From Nitrospirota bacterium (lineage in GTDB: Bacteria > Nitrospirota > UBA9217), in contig CAVVUN010000015.1 of assembly GCA_963751455.1 (NCBI GenBank), forward strand, positions 1,568,001 to 1,632,000: a DNA stretch of 64,000 nt, read 5' to 3'. Shown here piece by piece: positions 50,500 to 59,648 of this stretch (the stretch's first letter is position 1; each line of letters begins with the position of its first letter). The position numbers and the translations under genes are program-made. The notes below the pieces were generated by a model. It made no database searches and had not been told where the DNA came from. It worked only from the letters and a program-made list of their open reading frames with translations.

Positions 50500-52314
50500 A
50501 TGATTACTCTCGTACGGAACTTACTGCACCGCATATCATTGACGCCCAAGATGCTGTTCGTCACCATTCTGGTCGGGGTGGCCGTTTGGGCGGCGTTGGA
50601 CACGGTCCAGAGCAGAAGGCTCCGTGATATGTTCGAGGCTGACCTCTGGCAAAGGCTCCAGAAACATGTTCACCAGGACAGGATCCGGTTCGATAATTAT
50701 GTGGCGAGCTACAACCAGGCTGCGAAACTGATGGTGTCGCAGCACAGCTTCCGTCACTATGTCGCCAATCGGCTGCAGCCGGGCAGTTCGTCCCCGGTCG
50801 CATTTCACCGGGACCTTCCGGCCTGGCTGCCCGATGCAGCTGTAATGAGGAAATTCACGTATATCAACTTCGGGCTGCTTATCGACGAACGCGGACTGGT
50901 CCGGGAGGTTTACCAGGCTCAGCCCGCAGCCCCGCCGGCGTCACTCCTCAGGTCCTCCAAACTCCACAGGCAGTTGAGCCGGAACCAGAGCTTCCTGACG
51001 GAGATTGACGGAAAACCCTTCCTGCTTACCTCCGAATCGCTACCCGGTTCGAAGGGCGCAACGGCGTCGTTGATGCTTGCCGCCCAACTTGACGACGAAT
51101 TTCTTATGAGTTCAAAGAGAGACGCTGGTTTTGAAGGCGAAATTGAGGTACTCGCGGGAGGCGAAGAGCCGCGGATCGTAGCCAGCAACAGACCGGACAT
51201 TGTTCCAGCCGGCGCAAAGCTGTCCGATCTGCGGAACGATTATCTGATTATCGGCAAGTCCTTCTTCGATTCCGGCGCGTCCGACCTTCTGCTGCAGTTG
51301 ACGACCTTGATCTCGAAACGGGAATTCAGAAAGCTGAATGACGCAATCATGACCGCAGAGCGGTTACAGCGCGCGATTGTTGCGCTTGCACTCATTGCCG
51401 CATTTGCTTTTATCATATATTGCATCACGCGTCGAATCCGGCGGCTCACCGATACGATTACGGATTTGTCACAGCACAGGCTCAATTTGGAACCTGCCCG
51501 CCGGGTTGAACGGGGAGACGAACTCTGTGGCCTCGAAGACCAGTTCCGGCATTTCACGGACGAGATCCTGGAATCGCACGAGCGGCTCGAGCAGAGCAAC
51601 CGGCAGCTCCATGAATTCACGTATATCGCTTCGCATGATCTGCAGGAGCCGTTGCGCAAAATCGTCGCCTTCAGCGACCGCTTGAAAGCCGACACAGCCG
51701 GTATTCCCGATGACCGGAGCCGCGACTATCTTAAGCGCATACAGAATGCGGCGACACGGATGCAGACACTGGTGAACGATCTTTTGATCTATTCACGAGT
51801 CACGACCAGGGCCGAGCCGTTCGTTCCTGTGAACCTCGCTACAGTCGTCAAGGAGGTCCTTTCTGATCTTGAAATAAGTATTGAACAGACGGGTGGGCGC
51901 GTCGAGATCGGGAGCCTGCCGACGGTCGAGGCCGACGCGCTGCAGATGCGCCAGCTCTTTCAAAACCTCATCGGCAATGCGCTGAAATTCCATCGAATAC
52001 AGGAACCGCCGTTTGTACAGGTCACGTCATGCATCATTAATGCTGAAAGAAAAAAATCTGTCGGGAATGATGGAGAACTTTGCCGGATAACGGTGGTGGA
52101 CAACGGTATAGGCTTTGAAGAGAAGCATGGAGACCTTATCTTCGGCGTTTTTCAGCGGCTTCACGGCAGAAGCGAGTACGAGGGAACGGGAATTGGTCTT
52201 GCAATCTGCAAGAAGATCGCGGCACGCCACGCGGGGAGCATCAGCGCAAAGAGCAGCCCCGGAAACGGAGCAACCTTTATCGTCACCTTGCCGCTCAAAC
52301 AAGTAAGAGGATAA
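50500..52314 (+). CDS. Membrane sensor histidine kinase (periplasmic domain, HAMP, Cph1-like kinase core)
   Basis: Two TM, ASHDLQEPLRK H-box, QNLIGNALKF, DNGIG, FQRLH, GTGIGL. Confidence 0.92.
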   Translation: MITLVRNLLHRISLTPKMLFVTILVGVAVWAALDTVQSRRLRDMFEADLWQRLQKHVHQDRIRFDNYVASYNQAAKLMVSQHSFRHYVANRLQPGSSSPVAFHRDLPAWLPDAAVMRKFTYINFGLLIDERGLVREVYQAQPAAPPASLLRSSKLHRQLSRNQSFLTEIDGKPFLLTSESLPGSKGATASLMLAAQLDDEFLMSSKRDAGFEGEIEVLAGGEEPRIVASNRPDIVPAGAKLSDLRNDYLIIGKSFFDSGASDLLLQLTTLISKREFRKLNDAIMTAERLQRAIVALALIAAFAFIIYCITRRIRRLTDTITDLSQHRLNLEPARRVERGDELCGLEDQFRHFTDEILESHERLEQSNRQLHEFTYIASHDLQEPLRKIVAFSDRLKADTAGIPDDRSRDYLKRIQNAATRMQTLVNDLLIYSRVTTRAEPFVPVNLATVVKEVLSDLEISIEQTGGRVEIGSLPTVEADALQMRQLFQNLIGNALKFHRIQEPPFVQVTSCIINAERKKSVGNDGELCRITVVDNGIGFEEKHGDLIFGVFQRLHGRSEYEGTGIGLAICKKIAARHAGSISAKSSPGNGATFIVTLPLKQVRG

Positions 52315-52318
52315 ACCT

Positions 52319-54229
52319 ATGGATAAAAAGGTAAGGCCAACAGAGGATCGGCAAGCTGGTTCCTTTCAAGGACATGCTATCGGCCATGAGGACCCGGAGA
52401 AAATTCCGGCTCAAGACAGGCGGATGACTGCAGGGATGCGGAGCATGACGGAAAAGCGGCACGTAAAAATACTTCTCGTCGATGACGATGAGGACGATTA
52501 TATCATAACCCGGGACATGCTTCGCGAGGCCCGGCGGACCGTCTGCCAACTGGACTGGGCGCCGACCTTTGAGGCGGGCCGGGATGCGATCATGCGCAAA
52601 GAGCATGATCTTTATCTCCTGGATTTTCGCCTCGGCAAGCATACGGGCCTGGAGCTTCTGACTCTCGTTGCCGGGGAGTGTTGCAAAGCCCCGGTCATTC
52701 TGTTGACCGGCCAGGGAGACCACGACGCGGACATAGAAGCAATGAGGGCCGGGGCGTCGGATTACCTCGTAAAAGGCGGCATCGACGCGCCGCTCCTTGA
52801 GCGGTCTATCTTGTATTCCCTAGAGCGCAAACAGTGGGAAGAACAGATCCGGCAGCTCGCATATTATGACTGCCTGACCAATTTGCCGAACAGGATGCTG
52901 TTTGAAGACCGGCTGGAACAGACGGTGGAACAGGCCAGGCGGTACGAACGGCTTACCGGAGTGCTGTTTCTGGATCTGGACAATTTCAAGCGCATAAACG
53001 ACACGCTCGGACACCGCATGGGAGACCTGCTGCTCAAAATGGTCGCTGAGCGGCTGATGGGCTGCGTGCGCGGAAGCGATTCCGTGGCGCGCCCAAGCAC
53101 GGATGAAAAAAACAGTACGGTTTCACGCCTCGGCGGAGACGAGTTCACCATCATCCTTGTGGAGCTCAGGCATGCTCACGACGCCGCTACAGTGGCGCAG
53201 CGCATTATCGATGAGATGTCAAGGCCGTTCTTGCTTGGCGGGCGTGAAGTGTTCATCTCGGTCAGCATAGGCATCGGCATTTGTCCGCAGGACGGTGAAG
53301 ATGTGACGACGCTGCTCAGGAACGCTGATGCGGCCATGTACTATGCAAAAGAGCAGGGTAAAAGCAACTACCAGTTTTATGCAAAGTCGATTAACTCAGC
53401 GTCGCTGCAAAGGCTTGCGCTCGAAAACGATCTGCGAAAGGCCCTGGAGCGAAATGAGTTTCAGGTGTATTACCAGCCGCAGATAGAGATCAGTACAGGC
53501 AAGATGATAGGCATGGAGGCGCTGCTTCGATGGCGGCGTGGGGGCGGGGAGATGATTTCTCCGGGGGAGTTCATTCCTCTTGCTGAAGAAATCGGGCTGA
53601 TCGTGCAGATCGGGGAGTGGGTACTTCATAACGCGTGCATGCAGAACAGCGCATGGCAGAAAGCGGGTTTTCCACGCATACCGGTTTCAGTGAACCTGTC
53701 TTCCCACCAGTTCAGGCACCGCGGCATTCTAAAAACCATTACCGAGGCTTTAAGCGCCTCGGGACTTGACCCTGAATGCCTGATCCTGGAAATCACTGAA
53801 ACCGTTATCATGCAGAATACGGACGCAACCCTCCGCACGCTCCATCAACTGAACGCGATGGGCCTGCGGCTTTCACTTGATGATTTCGGCACAGGGTATT
53901 CGTCTTTGAGTTATTTGAATCGATTCCCTCTCTTTGCCATAAAGATCGACCGTTCTTTTACGAAAGATATCACGGTGGATGCGTATAGCGCGGCCATTAC
54001 CAGGGCAATCATTGCGATGGCGCACAGCCTCGCTATGAAGGTCGTTTCAGAAGGCGTGGAAACAGAGGAGCAGCTCGGTTTTTTATCGAACCTGAATTGC
54101 GACGAGATGCAGGGGTATCTCGTAAGCAAGCCGCTCGCGGTAGAGGAGGTTACGAAGCTTCTTGCAAGGGAAAAGGCCGGAACGGGCGTAGGACTTGCGA
54201 TCTGTGCAAAAAGCCTACGTTCGCAATGA
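52319..54229 (+). CDS. REC-GGDEF-EAL diguanylate cyclase/phosphodiesterase
   Basis: ILLVDDDEDD REC, RLGGDEF, MEALLRW, DDFGTGYSSL. The true start may be about 120 bp downstream. Confidence 0.92.
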   Translation: MDKKVRPTEDRQAGSFQGHAIGHEDPEKIPAQDRRMTAGMRSMTEKRHVKILLVDDDEDDYIITRDMLREARRTVCQLDWAPTFEAGRDAIMRKEHDLYLLDFRLGKHTGLELLTLVAGECCKAPVILLTGQGDHDADIEAMRAGASDYLVKGGIDAPLLERSILYSLERKQWEEQIRQLAYYDCLTNLPNRMLFEDRLEQTVEQARRYERLTGVLFLDLDNFKRINDTLGHRMGDLLLKMVAERLMGCVRGSDSVARPSTDEKNSTVSRLGGDEFTIILVELRHAHDAATVAQRIIDEMSRPFLLGGREVFISVSIGIGICPQDGEDVTTLLRNADAAMYYAKEQGKSNYQFYAKSINSASLQRLALENDLRKALERNEFQVYYQPQIEISTGKMIGMEALLRWRRGGGEMISPGEFIPLAEEIGLIVQIGEWVLHNACMQNSAWQKAGFPRIPVSVNLSSHQFRHRGILKTITEALSASGLDPECLILEITETVIMQNTDATLRTLHQLNAMGLRLSLDDFGTGYSSLSYLNRFPLFAIKIDRSFTKDITVDAYSAAITRAIIAMAHSLAMKVVSEGVETEEQLGFLSNLNCDEMQGYLVSKPLAVEEVTKLLAREKAGTGVGLAICAKSLRSQ

Positions 54230-54292
54230 TACCATGAAAAATGTGAAATTTCGAAATGCATTTGTCGGCGCAAAAATAGGCGGTGAAAGTAC

Positions 54293-54795
54293 ATGACGCG
54301 CAAGGCCGCGAAAATATGGCACCGAATTTCACTGACTCCCAAAATGCTGTTTCTTGCCGTCCTGGTCGGGATGGTCGTCTGGTCAAGCCTGGATCAGCTC
54401 CAGAGCAGGACGCTGAGGGAAATACTCAAGGCCAACCTGGCGCAAAGGCTCCAGAAACATGTCCACGAAGACAGGATACGGTTCGATAATTATGTGGCGG
54501 CTTATAATCAAGCCGCTAAGCTGATAGTTTCTCAGCATAGTTTCCATGAGTACGTCGCTGACTACCTGGCGAGGGAGGGACACGTCAAGCCGAGTCGTGT
54601 TTCATACGGATCTTCCCGCCTAGCTCCCCGGCAATCATGCGTAAATTCGCGTATATCAGCTATGCGGTGCTGATTGACGACAAAGGACTTGTCCGGGAAG
54701 TTTACCAGGCACACCCGGGAACGGCGCCTGCGTCTCTTCTCAAATTTTCCGAACTCCTGAGGCAGTTAAGCCATAACCAGAGCTTCATGACCGGT
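54293..54795 (+). pseudogene. Truncated duplicate of the 5' part of the kinase at 50500
   Basis: HRISLTPKMLF...QRLQKHVHEDRIRFDNYVA...MRKFAYI...RQLSHNQSF matches the N-terminus of 50500-52314, then similarity stops abruptly in AT-rich DNA with no kinase core. Confidence 0.8.
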
Positions 54796-54902
54796 GATTG
54801 TTTACGATTTTTGGTCTCTTTCCATGACATATCCAGCCAACATCATGATTCTAAATATCAGACCGCCATGGTCATAATACTTAGTCAAGGAAAAGAATTA
54901 AT

Positions 54903-54948
54903 AAACATCGGAACTGTCCCCGGTTTCTTGGAACCAGCCCCGTTTTTG
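54903..54948. repeat. REP-like GGAAC(T/C)N2CCCC doublet
   Basis: GGAACTGTCCCCGGTTTCTTGGAACCAGCCCCGTTTT. Confidence 0.4.
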
Positions 54949-55037
54949 TTGACTGCATCGAAGAACTATGACATAATCCGGACGTTTTCTTTGTCAGCCT
55001 GTATTATAAATTAAGACTAAAAGGACGCTTCAACCCT

Positions 55038-55132
55038 TTAGAGCTGGCTGCCCCGGAAACACTGGGGAGACTGCACAACTGCTGGGTGTACAGGACAGCG
55101 GCCGAGCTGCCGGGAATGCCAGCCAATTCTAA
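55038..55132 (+). other. Candidate structured 5' leader RNA upstream of the first multihaem cytochrome
   Basis: Manual pairing: outer TTAGAG-CTGGC/GCCAG-TTCTAA, inner CCCCGG/CTGGGG, TGCAC/GTGTA and CAGC/GCTG. No known family recognised. Confidence 0.3.
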
Positions 55133-55166
55133 CAGGGCCCAAGAGTTATGTCAGGTACTGGAGCCG

Positions 55167-56006
55167 ATGAATTCAGTAAAGCGCAGCAGCTTGATTGTTA
55201 TAGTATGCCTGAACGCGGTACTCATCGCGCTTCTTGTTCTGTCGGGCAGCGCGCCTGCACAAATAAAAATACAGTATAAAAAAGAAGATTGCGTGAAATG
55301 CCATGCCGCCCGGGTAAACGATATAGCCACGGCTGGAAGGAAACACAGGAGTGTTCCCTGCGTAGGCTGCCACCCCGGTCATCCGCCGGACGTGAAGAAG
55401 CCGATTGCGCAATGCGCGAAGTGCCATCCGAAGACTCGGAAAGCGCATTTCGAAGTAGGAGGCTGCCTCAATTGTCATAAAAATCCGCACACCCCTTTGA
55501 ACATACCGCTTACAGGCAAAGAGGGATGTCTTAACTGCCATGCGCTCCAAATTCGACAGCTCAAGGACAGCAAGAGCAAGCATACCGCTCTTGACTGCTC
55601 GTTCTGCCACGACGTTCATCGAAAAGTCCCGAAGTGCACCCAGTGCCACTTGTCCCATTCCGATACGATCCTCGGTGACTGCAAAGAATGCCACAATGCT
55701 CATATGCCAAGGCATGTGAGGTATTCTGTTGAAATACCGTCAAAAGACTGCGGCGCTTGCCACAGCACGGCTTTAAGCCTTCTGGCGTCCAGTAAAACCA
55801 AGCACAAGCCATTTGCCTGTGCATTCTGCCATCAGGAGAAACATAAGATGGTGCCTAAGTGCCGCGACTGCCATGGTTCGCCGCATCCTGCAGGTATAAT
55901 GGCAAAGTTCGCGAACTGCGGCGAGTGCCATAAAATCGCTCACGATCTCAATAACTGGACCGCGGCGGACATTCCGGACACAGCGAACCATGCGCCGCGG
56001 AAATAA
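55167..56006 (+). CDS. Periplasmic dodecahaem cytochrome c (copy 1)
   Basis: Signal peptide and 12 CxxCH motifs counted. Confidence 0.92.
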   Translation: MNSVKRSSLIVIVCLNAVLIALLVLSGSAPAQIKIQYKKEDCVKCHAARVNDIATAGRKHRSVPCVGCHPGHPPDVKKPIAQCAKCHPKTRKAHFEVGGCLNCHKNPHTPLNIPLTGKEGCLNCHALQIRQLKDSKSKHTALDCSFCHDVHRKVPKCTQCHLSHSDTILGDCKECHNAHMPRHVRYSVEIPSKDCGACHSTALSLLASSKTKHKPFACAFCHQEKHKMVPKCRDCHGSPHPAGIMAKFANCGECHKIAHDLNNWTAADIPDTANHAPRK

Positions 56007-56030
56007 ACATTCCCGGTTACCGAGAGACAG

Positions 56031-56059
56031 TTGACTGATTCAGCTAAATATGGCACAAT
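56031..56059 (+). promoter_or_regulatory. Putative sigma70 promoter of the second cytochrome
   Basis: TTGACT-N17-CACAAT with an extended -10 TG. Confidence 0.45.
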
Positions 56060-56139
56060 GTCGGCTGTTTTTGACTTCCTGATTTTTGAGCGAGATTCGC
56101 TCTCTGGAAAAACGGCATATTTCAATTAAAGGAGGAAAC

Positions 56140-57021
56140 ATGAAAGCATTAAAAGGCAGTAGTTTTACGGTTATGGTATTCCTGGTCCTCTGTATGTCTC
56201 TGTTTCTTGTCTCAGCTGGTACAGCAGCTGCACAATCGAAAAACAGTCAGCCGCCCGCGAAGTCAAAGCCGGCCCTGTCAAGCGACGATTGTCTCAAGTG
56301 TCATGAAGCTCCGCCGAACGACATAGCAGCCGCCGGCGGGAAACACAAGGATGTAGGGTGTACAGGCTGTCATAACGGCCATCCGCCGACCGTAAAGAAG
56401 CCGATTCCCCTGTGCAACGACTGTCATATGGGCAAGGCGCACTTTGAACTCAAGGGCTGCCTAGGGTGTCACAAAAACCCGCATACGCCGTTAAAAATAT
56501 CATTTGCAAATAATGTTACCGACCCTTGTCTCACCTGCCACACGCCGCAAATCGATCAACTCAGGAAGAACAAGAGCAAGCATACCGCCCTTGACTGTTC
56601 GAGATGTCATGACGTTCACCGGAAGATACCCCAGTGCACGCAGTGCCACAAGCCGCACTCCACAGAAATGACGGCCGGAGACTGCAAGAAATGTCACAAG
56701 CCGCATATGCCTACGCGCGTGACCTATGCCGCGGATACACCTTCGAAAGACTGCGGCGCATGCCATGCCAATGTTTTGAGCATGCTTACGGCGAGCAAGG
56801 CCAAGCACAAGACCTTCGCATGCGCATTCTGTCATCAGGAAAAGCATAAGATGGTTCCCAACTGCTCGGATTGCCATGGTTCACCGCATCCCGCCGGCAT
56901 CATGGTGAAGTTCCCGAAGTGCGGCGATTGTCACAAGATCGCTCACGACTTGAATAACTGGCCTGCGAATGCCGCCGAATCTTCCGCAGCGCCCAAAGAA
57001 GCACCGAAGAAACGCAAATAG
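56140..57021 (+). CDS. Periplasmic dodecahaem cytochrome c (copy 2)
   Basis: AAGGAGG RBS, signal peptide and 12 CxxCH motifs; colinear paralogue of copy 1. Confidence 0.94.
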   Translation: MKALKGSSFTVMVFLVLCMSLFLVSAGTAAAQSKNSQPPAKSKPALSSDDCLKCHEAPPNDIAAAGGKHKDVGCTGCHNGHPPTVKKPIPLCNDCHMGKAHFELKGCLGCHKNPHTPLKISFANNVTDPCLTCHTPQIDQLRKNKSKHTALDCSRCHDVHRKIPQCTQCHKPHSTEMTAGDCKKCHKPHMPTRVTYAADTPSKDCGACHANVLSMLTASKAKHKTFACAFCHQEKHKMVPNCSDCHGSPHPAGIMVKFPKCGDCHKIAHDLNNWPANAAESSAAPKEAPKKRK

Positions 57022-57037
57022 GATACTTTGAAAAGCC

Positions 57038-57074
57038 AAGGAGGGCCTGTGATTAAGCAGGCCCTCCTTTTTTT
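57038..57074 (+). terminator. Rho-independent terminator
   Basis: AAGGAGGGCCTG-TGATTAAG-CAGGCCCTCCTT followed by a T run. Confidence 0.88.
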
Positions 57075-57251
57075 GTGGAACGTGTTATCTATCCCCTGAC
57101 CGAACCAGAGCCAATGCTTTTTAATCACTGAATTTGGTTCCAATTGTTCTCCGCCTGCTTCAGAAGCTTTGGCATCATAATAAATTTCCCTAAGCTAAAT
57201 TTTAAAATCGCAAGTTCAATTGTAAAGTGCAACACTTGGGAGAGCAGCAAC

Positions 57252-57291
57252 GGGACGACCTGCGAGTTCAGCTCTTGTTCAGGGGTCGTCC
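57252..57291. repeat. GC-rich hairpin downstream of norB
   Basis: GGGACGACC ... GGTCGTCCC perfect 9-bp inverted repeat; no T-tract. Confidence 0.5.
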
Positions 57292-57336
57292 CCGCAGTCG
57301 AACCAGTAATGAATTCATCCGAGGTCTGTGACCGGA

Positions 57337-58667
57337 TTACGAGGAGGTTTTTGGCGCAGGCCTCAGGAACAGGAGGTCTTTCACCATGATCAGCAGCCCG
57401 GCCAGGAAACAGAGGCCGAGGAAGAATGTGACCAGAAGCCAGAGTCGCATGTATGATTGAGCGATCATATAGCCCATCCCGAGTACGCGTTCGAGATAGG
57501 ACTGCACCACGCCTGCGATGCCGAACGAGATGCCCATCAGCAGCATGGCGGTGACCATTGTCCAGAAGGCGGCGGTGCCGCGGGAAGAATCATACACGTC
57601 TATTCCCTTGAGCTTCGGCATCGCAAAATAAAAGACCATGATGTTCAACAGCGCGTAGGCGCCGAAGAACGCGAGATGGCCGTGCGAGACGGTCACCTGC
57701 GAGCCGTGCGTGTAGTAGTTGATCTGCGGCAGCGTATGCATGAAACCCCAGACCCCGGCGCCGACCACGTGCATGACCGCAGTGGTGATAGCGATGGTCC
57801 AGGTAAGCTGATTTTTTATCACGGTCCTGCGGTGCCGGACGTGGCTGATCGTATCAACGAGCATGAGCAGGATCGGGAGAGGTTCCAGCGCCGAGAAGAC
57901 GCCGCCTACCCAGAGCCAGTATTTGGGAGCGCCGATCCAGTAATAATGATGGCCGGTTCCCGCGATGCCCGTAAAGAGGAACAGGCCGATCTCGACATAA
58001 AGCCATTTTTCCAGAACGTGCCGGTCGATTCCGGTAAGCTTCAGCAGTACAAAGGCGAATATCGAAGCGGTCACGAGTTCCCAGGCGCCTTCCACCCACA
58101 GATGAATGACCCACCACCAGTAATACCAGTCGATCACCTCGTTCCGGTAAAAGGGTATCCCGAAGAGATACTGGGCTGCGAGAAAGATCAGGCCGCCAAG
58201 AAGCGTACCCTGGATCACGGTCCAGCGTTTTGCCCTGAACATGGTCATGCCCACATTGAACAGAAAAATGAGCGCGCCGATTACCACAACGATGTCGAGT
58301 GGACGGGGTATTTCGAGGAGCGGCCTTCCCTGTGTCCAGCCGAAAAGAAATCCGACAAGAGCGACCACACCGGTGACAACAAGGCGATAAGCTGGATCCA
58401 CGCGAGACGGACAGAGTAAAGCTCGCTTCTCGTTTCCTCGGGTACTATGTAGTATGTGCCTCCCATGAAGCCGAGGAGCATCCACAACACGAGGAGATTC
58501 GTGTGCATGGCGCGGGCAGTGGCAAAGGGAAAGACATCAACAATAGCTTGCGGCACCGTGAAACTGTAATTATAGGCAAGCCACAGTCCCAGGATCACCT
58601 GGAGCACGAAGAGCGGCAAGGCAGCGACGAAATACCAGTAGGCTACTTTCTGAGAACGATATTCCAT
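57337..58667 (-). CDS. norB: Nitric oxide reductase large subunit NorB (cNOR), one frameshift
   Basis: ORFs 58281-58667 (ARAMHTNL) and 57337-58485 (WWWVIHLWVEGAWE, GTGHHYYWIG, SALEPLP, HGHLAFFGAY). Confidence 0.9.
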
Positions 58668-58723
58668 ACAGTCCTCCTCTTTTCCGTATGTAGGCCTGGC
58701 GACGAACGCGTTTCTCTTTTATC

Positions 58724-59425
58724 CTACTTTAAATTCGCCAGGAAGCCGGCGACTGCCTCCAGTTCCTTGTCCGACAGGTCCTTCTGCGGCGGCATCAGCG
58801 CCCTGGGGTTAATAGACTTGGGGTCCTGTATATAGTGCTCGATCCGCTCTTTGTTCATCTTTCTGCCTACCGTATCGAGCGCCGGCCCGAAGACCCCTCC
58901 TTTTCCGTGCAGGGAATGGCAGTTTATGCACCCGCGAGTCTGAAATACGGCTGCGCCCGGCTGCACACCGGCGCCCGCAATCATCCGCTCTTCGCCCCTC
59001 GTGAACCTTCTTTTGCTGTCCTGCGGAGGCCAATCCCCGTTGTCGATGTTGCCGACCCAGGTAAAAAAAGCAACCAGATTGTTAATTTCTGCATCGGTGA
59101 CGTTCTGGTTCGGCATCTTTCGCCATGATGAGGCAAATGCTTTTGCGGGATCTTTAACACGGAAGCGAATGCCGTCTTCGCCGATTCGCTGAACCACTTT
59201 GGTAAGATCCGGCGCGTAATAACCGCCGAAACCGATGATCGTATGGCAGTCATTGCAGTTGTATTTTTCAAAGATTCTTTTTCCCTCTACCACCGTATCA
59301 GTCAGCTTGTCCACATGCGAAAGCGTTTCGACCTGTTTGTGGGTGTCCCAGGTCAAGTAGAGGAAAAGAGCTGCCGAAGAAATGGTCCCCCACAAGAATA
59401 TCAGAAAAGCGGTTTTCTTCGACAT
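58724..59425 (-). CDS. norC: Nitric oxide reductase cytochrome c subunit NorC with an extra C-terminal cytochrome c domain
   Basis: N-terminal TM, CNDCHTIIGFGGYYAPDLT, RKMP; second domain CINCH...GPALD...MP. GGAGG RBS. Confidence 0.88.
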   Translation of the reverse strand: MSKKTAFLIFLWGTISSAALFLYLTWDTHKQVETLSHVDKLTDTVVEGKRIFEKYNCNDCHTIIGFGGYYAPDLTKVVQRIGEDGIRFRVKDPAKAFASSWRKMPNQNVTDAEINNLVAFFTWVGNIDNGDWPPQDSKRRFTRGEERMIAGAGVQPGAAVFQTRGCINCHSLHGKGGVFGPALDTVGRKMNKERIEHYIQDPKSINPRALMPPQKDLSDKELEAVAGFLANLK

Positions 59426-59648
59426 GGCACCTCCCGATTGTTGAAGATGAGTCATTGTCAAAAAGAGTCGTCGGAGCAGCCCCGCTGCATGCCCCATCTC
59501 TGGTAATAATCATATCGCTTTTTTATCGGCGGATTGACCGCTGAAAAACGGTAAGAGACCTCTATTACAAAAGATTGTATAAGCCCGGCTGCTCCGTGTC
59601 GGCGGTTTTGATTGAAAAAGAAAAATAATTAAGGTAAACTTGATTTCC

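Noticed and set aside
55038-55132. Canonical c-di-GMP-I/II, SAM, TPP or cobalamin riboswitch, or tRNA
   Set aside because: Diagnostic cores (GCAAA/GAAA tetraloop-receptor, CTGAGA, TTCGA) are not present; kept only as an unassigned candidate.
57144-57389. 81-aa ORF downstream of the cytochromes
   Set aside because: No RBS or motif; it lies after a strong terminator and overlaps the norB 3' end.
29577-59648. Integrative element with att sites
   Set aside because: No integrase, transposase or tRNA; the only shared junction word noticed (GTATAAG) is too short to be significant.
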